DNA of 64,000 nt from an uncultured Actinomycetota bacterium (GTDB lineage Bacteria; Actinomycetota; Actinomycetes; Propionibacteriales; Nocardioidaceae). The translations under genes were made by a program, and so were the position numbers. Below the pieces are notes generated by a model, which did no database searches, had not been told where the DNA came from, and was given only the letters and a program-made list of their open reading frames with translations. Position 1 is the stretch's first letter; the number at the start of each line of letters is the position of its first letter. The stretch covers positions 170,430-234,429 of the forward strand of contig CAVROK010000001.1 of assembly GCA_963722835.1 (NCBI GenBank), read 5' to 3'. Shown here in pieces: positions 20,840 through 30,728 of this stretch.

Positions 20840-21057
20840 CAGCTCGCCTGGTCCTCGCGGATCCGCCGGACCTCGACGAGGTCGAGCCCGAGGGCCTGCA
20901 GCCGGTTCAGCACGCCGTACAGCGCCGCCTGGTCCGCGACCACTCCCGTCAGCACGGTCTCCGCCGGTACGACGGTCGCCCGCAGGTCCTCGAACTCCTC
21001 GAGTGCCTCGGGGGTCAGTGACCCGCGGACGTGGATCTCGAACGCCTTGGCATACAC
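20839..21057 (-). CDS. Small ACT-like hypothetical protein (pair 1, first gene)
   Basis: FEIHVRGSL...[33 protein letters not shown]; GGAGG RBS 8 nt before the GTG. Confidence 0.8.
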   Translation of the reverse strand: MYAKAFEIHVRGSLTPEALEEFEDLRATVVPAETVLTGVVADQAALYGVLNRLQALGLDLVEVRRIREDQAS

Positions 21058-21088
21058 CTGCACGACCTCCGTTCCGGACTGCTGACCC

Positions 21089-21135
21089 AGCGTCCTCGCA
21101 TCAGCGTGGCTAGACCTCACCCTCTCCGGGTAGTC
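21089..21135 (-). promoter_or_regulatory. Regulon site 5: dyad plus -10 GACGCT
   Basis: CCTCACCC-TCTCC-GGGTAGTC at 21115-21135; 20 nt to GACGCT (21094-21089). Confidence 0.72.
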
Positions 21136-21203
21136 CGACGTCGTCCTGCCGCAACAGGCTGCGGGTAGCGTCACGGCAGGAGCGAGGGACGGCGGTCGGG
21201 ACG

Positions 21204-23895
21204 ATGACGGCAGTGAAGCCGGGGGCTGGAGCGCTTCCGCGCGCCCTCGGAGCCTGCGGTCGACGGGCTCGCCACCAAGCTCGCCCGGCCCCGCGTGCCG
21301 CCGAGCTTCGTAGCTCGGGCGCGCGTCCACGAGATGCTGGACCGGGGCACCGAGCGACCGCTGACGGTGATCAGTGCCGGCGCGGGGTGGGGCAAGACGC
21401 TCGCGACGGCGTCGTGGGCAGCTGCCGAGCCTGCCGTCGGTCCGGTTGCCTGGATCTCCCTGGACCCGAGCGACAACGAGCCCCGGGCCTTCTGGACCTT
21501 CTTCGTGCGGGCTGTGCGTCACGCGGTGGTCGTGCCGGCCGACAACCCGCTCGCCGAGCTCGCACCGGGACTCGGCAACGAGAGCGCCGGACTCCAGCGC
21601 CTGGTCGCCGGCCTCGAGCAGCTCCCGACTCCTGTCGTGGTCGTGCTCGACGACTTCCACCTGATCGACGACGCCTCTGTGCTCGAGGGCGTGGCCTCCC
21701 TCCTCCGGCGCCCGCTGGAGCAGCTGAGGCTCGTGATCGTCACGCGCTCGGACCCGCCGATCCCCCTGCACCGCCTGCGGACGGCGGACGAGCTGTCGGA
21801 GATCCGGACCCGGGACCTGGCCTTCGACGAGACCGACGCCGTCGCGATGCTGGCTGCCGACGAGCTGGACGTGGAGCTGGACGACGTGCAGCTGCTGGTC
21901 CGGCGTACCGAGGGCTGGCCGGCGGGCATGCGCCTGGCGGCCCTCTTCCTCGGCCGTCGCGACCAGGACAGGAGCCCGGCGAGCTTCGCCGGCGACGACC
22001 AGGCGGTCACCGACTACCTGGTCGGAGAGGTGCTCTCGAGCCAGCCGCCGGAGGTGCAGCGGTTCCTGCTGCAGACGTCGGTGGCCGAGCGGGTGAGCAG
22101 TGGACTGGCGGAGGCACTCACCGGTGAACCACGTGCGCAGCACCATCTCGAGAGCCTGGAGCGCTCCAACGCCTTCGTGGTCGGCCTGGGACCTGGACGC
22201 GAGTGGTTCCGCTACCACGCCCTGCTGCGCGAGGTGCTCCAGCACCGGTTGCGGGTCGACGACCCGGCTGCCCCCGCCGACCTGCACCGGCGAGCCGCCG
22301 TGTGGTTCGCCGCCCACGCACGTCCTCTCGACGCGATGAGACACGCGGCTGATGCCGAGGACTGGTCACTGCTGGGGGACCTCTTCGTCACCCACGCACT
22401 CGCCCTCACCGTCTCGGCGGATCGCGCCGCCGTGGATCGCGTGCTCGCCAGGATCCCCCGTGAACGCCTGGCGGACAGCCCCGCGCTGGCCCTGTGCGCG
22501 GCTGCGCGGCTGATGCACGCGGGGCGCTTCGAGGAGATGGCACCCCATCTGGAGCTGGCCGCAGCGCTCATCGACCGGACGGTTCGTCGGTCACCACCGT
22601 CGCCTGGCTGCTTCTCTCGACGGCCTACCTGCGGAGCACGGGCGACATCCGCGGTGCGCGCGACGCCGCCGCGCGCGCGATCCAGCACCTCTCCGGTGTC
22701 GAGTCCTCCCTGCCGGGTGCCGACCTGTACCTGCCGGTGGCGCTCAACAACCTGGGCAGCGCGCTCCTGTGGGAAGCGAGTCCGGCCGAGGCGGCACAGC
22801 GCCTTCTCGAAGCCTTGGCCATCATCGACGGCACCCGGCTGGACGCGGCCCGGATCAACGCCCTCGCGCACCTCTCCCTGGTCGATGCAGGCGAGGGTCG
22901 TCTGCGTCAGGGCGCCAGCCACGCCACGGAGGCGGTCGAGCTGGTCGAGGCGCGCGGCTGGGAGCCGCTTCCGCAGGCGGCGACGGCCTACCTGGCGCTC
23001 GCGCTGATCCACTTCCGGCACAACGAGGTGAACGAGGCGTTGCGTCGCCTGGGGCACGCCAGGGCCGCAGCCGCGCACGAGCCCGCGGCTCGCTGGGCAG
23101 TCGAGCTCGCCGGGGCGCGGATGGAGGTCTCCCTCGGCCGCGTGGACGAGGCGCAGCAGCGGCTCGCGGCTCTGCGGTCGGACAGCACGCCCTGGCAGCC
23201 ACCGGCGTTCCTGGAGCGTTGGCTGCTGTTCGCGCACGTCGAGCATCGCGATCGCGCGTCACGAACCGGGTGCTGCGATCGAGCGGCTCCAGGTGTCCTC
23301 GGCACGTGCGGCACCCAGCTCGGAGGAGCAGCTCTGCCTCGCCCAGGCGCTGCTCGCGCAGGGCGACGTCCGGGCGGCTGACGAGGTGCTCGCGTCCCTC
23401 CGGGCGAACGACGCCGACTCCGGCTCCGCGGTTGACGTGTGGCTGCTGACCGCACTGGTCGCAGACCGGCAGCGCGAGGACAACCGCGCAACCGAGGCAC
23501 TCGGTCGCGCCCTGGACCTGGCTCGACCGGAGAACGTGCGGCGCCCCTTCTTCGAGCACAACCGGGGTCACGTCGTACGCCTGCTGACCCTCCTGGGACA
23601 GCTCGAGCCCGACCAGGACGCCTTTGCCCGCGGGCTCCTCGCGGAGCTGCAGCCCGACGTGAAGTCCACGTCGGCCGACGTGCTCACCGAGCCACTGACC
23701 GAGCGCGAGCTGGTCGTGCTGAGGTTCCTGCCGACGATGATGACCAATTCCGAGATCGCCGCTGAGCTGTTCGTGTCCGTGAACACCGTCAAGGCGCACC
23801 TGAAGCGGATCTTCCGCAAGCTCGGGGTGCCCAGTCGCCGCGAGGCAGTCCACCGGGCGCGCGAGATCGGCCTGCTGTCCGACACCACGGCCTGA
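21204..23895 (+). CDS. MalT-like STAND ATPase/LuxR regulator 2, full length about 895 aa (frameshifts near 21255, 22590 and 23260-23290)
   Basis: TKLARPRVP, Walker A AGAGWGKT, Walker B VVVLDDFH, TEGWPAG, WFRYHALL, a TPR-like region, and the LTERELVVL..FVSVNTVKAHLKRIFRKL HTH. Confidence 0.9.
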
Positions 23896-23910
23896 CGGCC
23901 GTCCGGACGC

Positions 23911-24199
23911 TCAGAGACCGAGGATGCGGCTCTTCTGCGCCTGGAACTCGGCGTCGGTCAGCAGCCCCTGGTCCTTGAGCTCGCCGAGCTTCTTGACCTG
24001 GGCGATCTTCTCGTCCATGTCGTCCTCCGGCGGCGCGGCGGGCCGGCGGCGGCTGCTGGTAGGCCTGCTGCTCATAGGCCTGCTGCTGGTCCTGCTGGGC
24101 CCAGCGGCCGGCCTGGCGTCGCGAGACGCGGTTGGAGACGGCCGTGGCGGTTCCTGCGATCGCCGCAGTACGGGCGACCCCGCGAAGGAGACCTGGCAT
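23911..24199 (-). CDS. SHOCT domain protein (frameshift near 24045)
   Basis: MPGLLRGVARTAAIAGTATAVSNRVSRRQ N-terminus, a Q/P-rich linker and KKLGELKDQGLLTDAEFQAQKSRIL. Confidence 0.85.
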
Positions 24200-24251
24200 G
24201 TGCGTTCACCTCTTCTGGTGGGTGGCTGATGTGGCTGGAGCTGGTGTCGCC

Positions 24252-24737
24252 TCAGGAGACTCCTGCGGCCGTGCCTTCCCGGTCCTCGGCGGCCTCGAGG
24301 GCGGCCACGAGTGCGGGCACCGGGATCCGACCGCTCGCGACGAGCTGCGCTCCGCCTCGACGCAGCGCGCCGGCGAGCGGCGCAGCCCACGTGTTCTCGT
24401 AGACGAGGATGCCGGCCGAGCTGCCCGGCTCGATGACACCGGCGGCCTCGGCCACGTCGTCCTCGTCGAGGAGTCCGGACGAGACGCCCTCGAAGACGGC
24501 CAGGTCGAGCTCGCCGTCGGCGTCGAAGTCCTTGATCTCCATCCCCGCGACGTTGCCGGCCTCGTCCCGGGTGACGAAGAGGAGGTCGAGGATCCGGATG
24601 ATGCCGCGATCGACGAGGTCGACCAGGATCGGGAGTCCCTCCCCGGTCATCCGGTTGCCCGGGAACTCCAGGACCAGGTAGTCGACGGGACCCATCTCCT
24701 CCAGGCCTGGTGCCTGCTGGTCAGTCTGCTCAGTCAT
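24252..24737 (-). CDS. DUF6325-like acidic protein
   Basis: MGPVDYLVLEFPG, LVDRGIIRILDL, LVYENTWAAP and LVASGRIP; GGAGGA RBS. Confidence 0.85.
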   Translation of the reverse strand: MTEQTDQQAPGLEEMGPVDYLVLEFPGNRMTGEGLPILVDLVDRGIIRILDLLFVTRDEAGNVAGMEIKDFDADGELDLAVFEGVSSGLLDEDDVAEAAGVIEPGSSAGILVYENTWAAPLAGALRRGGAQLVASGRIPVPALVAALEAAEDREGTAAGVS

Positions 24738-24772
24738 CGGTTTCCTCCCACATACGCATGCACGACAGTCGG

Positions 24773-24819
24773 ACGCTAGGCCGGTGGCGGCCGGTCCGCC
24801 TCGTCCGCATCGGGTGAGC
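24773..24819 (-). promoter_or_regulatory. Regulon site 6: dyad plus -10 TAGCGT
   Basis: CCTCGTCC-GCATC-GGGTGAGC at 24799-24819; 20 nt to TAGCGT (24778-24773). Confidence 0.78.
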
Positions 24820-25042
24820 CTCGCGAAGGTGCGGGTGACCGCAGCCGGTGGATGGCCTGGACGCGGACGCCCGCCTCCTCGACGAGTGCGATGACGTCCG
24901 CCAGGCTCCGCCCGGTCGACTCCGCGACCGTGAACGTGGTGGTCGCGACGGTGGCGACGCAGCTGGCAGGGAACGCGCCACACAGCACGGGGCCGAGCGA
25001 TCCTGCCACGATGAGCTCGTAGGTGGTGCCGACCTGCGTCAT
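24776..25042 (-). CDS. Small ACT-like hypothetical protein, divergent copy (pair 2, second gene)
   Basis: TYELIVAGSLGP...LADVIALVEEAGVRVQAIHRL; ATGA overlap with the upstream gene. Confidence 0.68.
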   Translation of the reverse strand: MTQVGTTYELIVAGSLGPVLCGAFPASCVATVATTTFTVAESTGRSLADVIALVEEAGVRVQAIHRLRSPAPSRGSPDADEADRPPPA

Positions 25043-25284
25043 CGATCACCGTCGTCGGCTTCGTCATCGTCCTCGTCGGCAGACGGCACGGCGCGGACCT
25101 CGACGAGGTCGAGCCCGAAGGTCCGCAGGCGCGCCAGCAAGCCGTGCAGTGCTGCCTGGTCGGGCAGCGTGCAGACCAGCACCGTCCGCAGCTCCTGCTC
25201 GGTGCTCGTGACACCGCCGATCTCCCGGAGAACCGCGAACGGCACCGCACCTGTCACCCGGACCTCGTAGGTCGCGCCCGCCAT
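25039..25284 (-). CDS. Small ACT-like hypothetical protein (pair 2, first gene)
   Basis: [10 protein letters not shown]...[33 protein letters not shown]; a clear paralogue of 20839-21057. Confidence 0.8.
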   Translation of the reverse strand: MAGATYEVRVTGAVPFAVLREIGGVTSTEQELRTVLVCTLPDQAALHGLLARLRTFGLDLVEVRAVPSADEDDDEADDGDR

Positions 25285-25290
25285 GCCGCC

Positions 25291-25337
25291 ATGCAACCCC
25301 GCGCCGGCGGTTCCGGCCTCATCCCTGGCGCATGTCC
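25291..25337 (-). promoter_or_regulatory. Regulon site 7: dyad plus weak -10 TTGCAT (leaderless)
   Basis: CCTCATCC-CTGGC-GCATGTCC at 25317-25337; 20 nt to TTGCAT; ATG 6 nt later. Confidence 0.62.
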
Positions 25338-25367
25338 CCGACGCGCCTGTCCCGGTCGCGGACCCGA

Positions 25368-25414
25368 CCTCCCACGAATGGGGTGATGCATCGCCCCCGG
25401 GGCCCTCCTACGGT
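25368..25414 (+). promoter_or_regulatory. Regulon site 8: dyad plus -10 TACGGT
   Basis: CCTCCCAC-GAATG-GGGTGATG at 25368-25388; 20 nt to TACGGT (25409-25414). Confidence 0.75.
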
Positions 25415-25463
25415 CGCGATGGCGATGCCCACCGGTGTCGTCGGCGAGGACCAGGAGGTCTCG

Positions 25464-26962
25464 ATGGCCGACAAGCCGAACATTCTGATCATCTGGGGCG
25501 ATGACATCGGCATCACCAACCTGAGCTGCTACAGCGACGGGTTGATGGGCTACCGGACCCCCAACATCGACCGGATCGCGGCGGAGGGCGTGCGCTTCAC
25601 CGACTACTACGGCGAGCAGAGCTGTACGGCGGGCCGCGCAGCCTTCATCACCGGCCAGAACCCGTACCGGACCGGCCTCTCCAAGGTCGGCATGCCGGGC
25701 GCCGACATCGGGCTCCAGGCCGAGGACCCGACCATCGCCACCGCGCTCAAGTCGGTCGGCTACGCCACCGGCCAGTTCGGCAAGAACCACTTCGGCGACC
25801 GCGACGAGTTCCTGCCCACCATGCACGGCTTCGACGAGTTCTTCGGCAACCTCTACCACCTGAATGCGGAGGAGGAACCCGAGCTCTTCGACTACCCGGA
25901 CCCGGACGAGTTCCCGGACTTCCGCAAGAACTTCGGCCCACGCGGCGTCATCCACTCCTGGGCCAACGGCGACGGCACGCAGCGAATCGAGGACACCGGG
26001 CCGTTGACGAAGGAGCGGATGAAGACCATCGACGACGAGGTCGTGCCGGAGGCGCTCCGGTTCATGTCCGACGCCAAGGCGTCCGACACCCCGTTCTTCG
26101 TCTGGCTGAACACCACGCACATGCACTTCCGCACGCATGCCAAGGACGGCAGCCGCGGCAAGGCCGGCCGGTGGCAGTCGGAGTACCACGACACGATGTG
26201 TGACCACGACGAGCTGGTCGGCGACGTGCTGCGTTCCTCGACGAGCAGGGCCTCGCCGAGGACACGATCGTCATGTACTCCACCGACAACGGCCCGCACA
26301 TGAACTCGTGGCCGGATGCCGGGATGACGCCGTTCCGCAACGAGAAGAACTCCAACTGGGAGGGCGCCTACCGCGTGCCGGCCATGGTGCGTTGGCCCGG
26401 CCACATCCCGGCCGGCACCGTCCTCAACGGGATCGTGAGCCACAACGACTGGTTCGTCACCCTGCTGGCCGCGGCCGGTGACACCGACGTCGCCGAGCGG
26501 CTCAAGGAAGGCACGGACCTGAACGGCACGACGTTCAAGGTCCATCTGGATGGCCACAACCAGCTCGACTACGTGACCGGTGCATCGGAGACCAGCGCCC
26601 GTCAGCACTTCTTCTACGTCTCCGACGACGGCGACCTCACGGCGATGAGGTTCGACAACTGGAAGTTCGTCTTCCTCGAGCAACGGGCGGCAGGCACCCT
26701 GCAGGTGTGGGCCGAGCCCTACACCGAGCTGCGGGTGCCGAAGATCTTCAACCTGCGCACCGATCCCTACGAGCGCGCTGACATCACCTCGAACACCTAC
26801 TACGACTGGTTGCTCGACCACGCCTACCTGGTGATCCCTGCCCAGGCGTACGTCGCGCGGATGCTCCAGACCCTCGCCGGCTTCCCGGCCCGCCAGGAGC
26901 CTGCGAGCTTCAACATCGACCGGGTGCTGGAGAAGCTCAGGGCCGGCCTCCCGAGCTCGTGA
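25464..26962 (+). CDS. Arylsulfatase, about 500 aa (frameshift near 26235)
   Basis: [13 protein letters not shown], the signature [21 protein letters not shown] and WEGAYRVP. Confidence 0.92.
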
Positions 26963-26963
26963 C

Positions 26964-27941
26964 GTGACGAGGAGCCCGAGTCCCGTCCGCACCGGTGCGG
27001 CGACCGTCGCCCTGCCCGGCGGCCTGTTCGCCATGGGGTCCGAGGACCACTACCCCGAGGAGGCGCCCGTCCACCGGGTCAGGGTGGACGCGTTCTCGGT
27101 CGACGTGGCGCCGGTGACCAACGAGGAGTTCGCCGGCTTCGTGAAGGCCACCGGCTACGTGACCGTCGCGGAACGGCCGCTGGACCCGACGAGCTTCCCC
27201 GGCGCACCGCCGGAGAACCTGCAGCCGGGGTCGCTGGTGTTCACCCCGACACAGGGCCCCGTCGACCTGCGACACCTCAGCCAGTGGTGGACCTGGACGC
27301 CCGGCGCCTGCTGGTCGAGCCCGGAGGGACCGGGCAGCTCGGTCAAGCGACGGGCCGACCACCCGGTCGTCCACGTCGCGCACGAGGATGCCCACGCCTA
27401 TGCCACCTGGGCCGGCGCCGCCCTGCCGACCGAGGCGGAGTGGGAGTACGCCGCCCGCGGCGGTCTCGAGGGTGCCGAGTTCACGTGGGGCGACGAACGC
27501 TGGCCGGACGGGCAGATCATGGCGAACACCTGGGACGGGCCGGACTTCCCGTGGCGCAGCACCCGCGCGAGCGGCTGGGTCCGGACCTCCCCGGTCGGCA
27601 CCTTCCCGCCCAACGGCTACGGCCTGCTCGACATGGCCGGCAACGTCTGGGAGTGGACCGACGACTGGTGGACCAGTGGTCATCCGGAGGACGCGGAGAC
27701 CGCCTGCTGTGCGCCGACCAACCCGCGAGGCGGCGACCTCGAGTCCAGCTACGACCCGGCCCAGCCGCAGTTCCGGGTCGGCCGCAAGGTGATCAAGGGC
27801 GGCTCGCACCTGTGTGCCGACACCTACTGCCGGCGCTACCGGCCGGCCGCCCGACGCCCCCAGATGACCGACACCGGGATGAGCCACCTCGGGTTCCGGT
27901 GCGTACGCCGATCCAGCCCCGTCGACGAGGAGACCTCATGA
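26964..27941 (+). CDS. Formylglycine-generating enzyme (sulfatase-modifying factor)
   Basis: LPTEAEWEYAARGG, DMAGNVWEW, KGGSHLCADTYCRRYRPAAR (both core Cys present) and HLGFRC. Confidence 0.92.
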   Translation: MTRSPSPVRTGAATVALPGGLFAMGSEDHYPEEAPVHRVRVDAFSVDVAPVTNEEFAGFVKATGYVTVAERPLDPTSFPGAPPENLQPGSLVFTPTQGPVDLRHLSQWWTWTPGACWSSPEGPGSSVKRRADHPVVHVAHEDAHAYATWAGAALPTEAEWEYAARGGLEGAEFTWGDERWPDGQIMANTWDGPDFPWRSTRASGWVRTSPVGTFPPNGYGLLDMAGNVWEWTDDWWTSGHPEDAETACCAPTNPRGGDLESSYDPAQPQFRVGRKVIKGGSHLCADTYCRRYRPAARRPQMTDTGMSHLGFRCVRRSSPVDEETS

Positions 27942-28852
27942 ACGACGCCCTTCCGTCATGGCGACCCGGCCCCACCCGGGACGCCGTCATCGCCTTCCTC
28001 GACGCAGCACGGGACATCCCCCCTGAGGACCGGCTCGCCTGCTTCGACAACGACGGCACGCTGTGGTGCGAGAAGCCGAACTACGTCCAGCTCGACTTCC
28101 TGCTGGCGACGCTCGGGACCCGGGTCGCCGCCGAGCCGGCGCTGAAGGAGAAGCCCGAGTTCGCGGCGCTGCTGACCCACGACGCAGCCGCGATGCAGGA
28201 GCTCGGGCTCGCTCGCATCGCGATGGCCCTGACCGGCCTCTTCGACGGCATGCGCGCCGAGGACTTCGGGCGCCTGGTGCGCGAGTTCATGTCGAGCGCG
28301 GCGCACCCGACGCTGGGCCGGCCGCTGCGGACTGCCGTCTACCAGCCGATGCTGGAGCTCGTCTCAGCCCTCCGTGACGTCGGGTTCACCGTCACCGTCG
28401 TCACCGGTGGCGGCACCGAGTTCGTCCGGGCGATCAGCCACGAGCTGTACGCCGTACCTCCGGAGCACGTGGTCGGGACCCTGATCGAGTACGACTACGC
28501 GAAGGGCGCCGACGGCCCCGAGCTGACCCGGTCCACGCGACTGCTGGGCGACGCCAACGAGGGACCGGCCAAGGTGGTGCACATCCAGACGCAGCTCGGT
28601 CGGCGGCCGGTGTTCGCCGCGGGCAACACCGGTGGTGACCGGGAGATGCTCGAGTGGGCCCAGGGCGCGGACGGGCCCTCCCTGGCGGTCCTCATCGACC
28701 ACGACGACCACGACCGCGAGTTCCGCTACGAGGGGCAGGGCGTGACCACCGCCGACGTGGAGTCGATCACCGAGGTCGGTCGCCGCGAGGGCTGGACCGT
28801 CGTGAGCATGGCGCGGGACTGGGACACCGTCTTCGCCCCCGGCAGCGGCTGA
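27938..28852 (+). CDS. HAD-superfamily phosphatase
   Basis: FDNDGTLWCE (DxD), VTGGG, K and AGNTGGD motifs; ATGA overlap with the FGE gene. Confidence 0.9.
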   Translation: MNDALPSWRPGPTRDAVIAFLDAARDIPPEDRLACFDNDGTLWCEKPNYVQLDFLLATLGTRVAAEPALKEKPEFAALLTHDAAAMQELGLARIAMALTGLFDGMRAEDFGRLVREFMSSAAHPTLGRPLRTAVYQPMLELVSALRDVGFTVTVVTGGGTEFVRAISHELYAVPPEHVVGTLIEYDYAKGADGPELTRSTRLLGDANEGPAKVVHIQTQLGRRPVFAAGNTGGDREMLEWAQGADGPSLAVLIDHDDHDREFRYEGQGVTTADVESITEVGRREGWTVVSMARDWDTVFAPGSG

Positions 28853-28864
28853 GGTTGAGCTCCG

Positions 28865-30046
28865 GTGGACGTGCGTTCGGGGCTCACCAGCCTCCTGGTC
28901 GTCTCGATCGTGTCCGCGCTGGCGCCGTTCATCTGCGCACTGCTGCACCGCCTGCGACTACCGCAGGTCGTGGTGCTCATCGTCGGCGGGGTCATCGTGG
29001 GCCCCGAGGTGCTCGACCTCGCGCAGCCGGCCAGTCTCGAGCTGATCGCGAACGTCGGCCTCGGGTTCCTGTTCCTGCTCGCGGGCTACGAGCTCGAGCT
29101 CGCCCTGTTCCGCGAACGCGGGGGGAGGTTGGCGGTCATCGCGTGGTTCGTCACCGCCGGCCTCGCCATCCTGGTCACCGGGCTGCTGGCGTACGCCGAC
29201 TTCATCGAGGCGTACGTCCCGGTCGCGCTCGGGCTCACCACGACTGCCTTCGGCGCCCTGCTCCCGATCCTGCGCGACCACGACCTGCTCGGCGGGCGGT
29301 TCGGGAGGTACATCCTGCCGGCGGGCGCCGTCGGTGAGTTCCTGCCCATCGTCGGCATCGCCGTCTTCCTCAGTGCGAACGGGCGCGTGCTCGGCCTCGT
29401 CTCGCTCCTCTCGATGCTCCTGGTGGCCGTGCTGTTCAGCCTGCTCCCGCGGGTGCAGTTCCTGTCCCGTTTCGCCGCGGTGTCCTCTGCCGGGGAGCAC
29501 GAGACCTCGCAGACGACGCTCCGGCTGACGGTGGCCCTGTTGTTCGCGCTGCTGGTGGTGGCGAACGACTTCGGGCTCGACGTGGTGCTGGGTGCCTTCC
29601 TCGCCGGAGTGGTGCTCCGCCGGTGGGCACCCGGCGACGTGGGCTCGTTGGAGGGAAAGCTCGACGCCGTCGGCTACGGCTTCTTCATCCCGGTCTTCTT
29701 CGTCACCTCGGGCATGGCGCTGGACCTCCGGTCGATCGCCGAGAACCCGCTGCGCCTGCTGGTGTTCTTCGTGCTGCTCCTCGTGGTGCGCGGACTTCCC
29801 GCCCTGTTCCTCTACCGTCGCGACCTCGCGTTCCGCGAGCGGTTGCAGATGACCCTGCTGACCGCGACCGCGCTGCCTCTCCTGGTCGCACTGGCCGCGA
29901 TCGGGCTGAGCACCGGGCACATGCTCCCCGAGAACGCCGCCGCGCTGGTGGGCGCCGGAGTGCTGTCGGTCGTGGTGTTCCCCGGCGTGGCGATGGCACT
30001 CAACCGGCGGACGGCGGATCCTCGGCTCGCGACGTCTGAGGCCTGA
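28865..30046 (+). CDS. Cation:proton antiporter (CPA2/Kef-type membrane domain)
   Basis: GLGFLFLLAGYE, LGAFLAG and GYGFFIPVFFVTSG; about 12 TM helices. Confidence 0.9.
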   Translation: MDVRSGLTSLLVVSIVSALAPFICALLHRLRLPQVVVLIVGGVIVGPEVLDLAQPASLELIANVGLGFLFLLAGYELELALFRERGGRLAVIAWFVTAGLAILVTGLLAYADFIEAYVPVALGLTTTAFGALLPILRDHDLLGGRFGRYILPAGAVGEFLPIVGIAVFLSANGRVLGLVSLLSMLLVAVLFSLLPRVQFLSRFAAVSSAGEHETSQTTLRLTVALLFALLVVANDFGLDVVLGAFLAGVVLRRWAPGDVGSLEGKLDAVGYGFFIPVFFVTSGMALDLRSIAENPLRLLVFFVLLLVVRGLPALFLYRRDLAFRERLQMTLLTATALPLLVALAAIGLSTGHMLPENAAALVGAGVLSVVVFPGVAMALNRRTADPRLATSEA

Positions 30047-30704
30047 CGAACGGCAGCGGGTTGCTGGGCGCCCGCGCGCCGGCCGCCAGCCACGCGTCGA
30101 ACCCTGCGGGACAACGTCTCTGCAGCTCGTCGAGGATGGCCTCTCGCTGGCGCACCACGTGCAGTCGGTGCCTCGGGGAGCGACTGGCCTGGAGCGCCAC
30201 GAAGGTGTGCCGCCAGGCCAGGCACAAGGACGAGTCGTCCAGCTCGCTCAGGTCGTCCTTCTTCCAGCTCAGGTCGGTCGGCTCCGGCAGCACGTCCGGG
30301 ACTGGCTCGTCCGACGGCTCACGGGCGGTGGTTGCGAAGACGGTCGGCCAGCGCGCGCGGAGGAAGTCGCGCACGAGGGGCGAGCTCCCGGCCAGCATCA
30401 GCACGAGTACGGCGCCCGCGAGCCCACCCACCACGAGCAGTCCCGATGCGGCCACGAGGACGATCCCGGCGAGAGCGCCACGACCGTAGAGCACGCGCAT
30501 CGCGGCCAAGGTGCTCTCGGTGAACGGCAGCGCGACGATGACGCACACGAACCCGGAAGAGATGGCACCGGCCAGCGCGAGCTGCCAGCCCCAGGCGTCC
30601 GTCGCGCAGACAACTCCCACGACCACGACCAGCCGTGCGCAGGACCGCCACAGGCGATGACCGTTCGACGTGGCACTCACGCTTCCCCCAACGACGCCGG
30701 CCAT
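30000..30704 (-). CDS. Hypothetical membrane protein (start uncertain)
   Basis: About four N-terminal TM helices plus a soluble C-terminal domain (LCLAWRHTFVAL..RQREAILDELQRR..GFDAWL); preceded by regulon site 9. Confidence 0.65.
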   Translation of the reverse strand: MAGVVGGSVSATSNGHRLWRSCARLVVVVGVVCATDAWGWQLALAGAISSGFVCVIVALPFTESTLAAMRVLYGRGALAGIVLVAASGLLVVGGLAGAVLVLMLAGSSPLVRDFLRARWPTVFATTAREPSDEPVPDVLPEPTDLSWKKDDLSELDDSSLCLAWRHTFVALQASRSPRHRLHVVRQREAILDELQRRCPAGFDAWLAAGARAPSNPLPFVRPQTSRAEDPPSAG

Positions 30705-30728
30705 CCTCCAGACCGCGCGTCGAGAGTC

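Noticed and set aside
21204-23895. STAND ATPases as Avs/NLR-like immune receptors
   Set aside because: Both carry a C-terminal LuxR HTH and MalT-type motifs with no nuclease or TIR effector, which fits transcription activators.
24819-24840. Second tandem dyad next to site 6 (CCTCGCGA..GGGTGACC)
   Set aside because: The spacer is 6 nt and the left half is poor. It could be an auxiliary site but is not counted.
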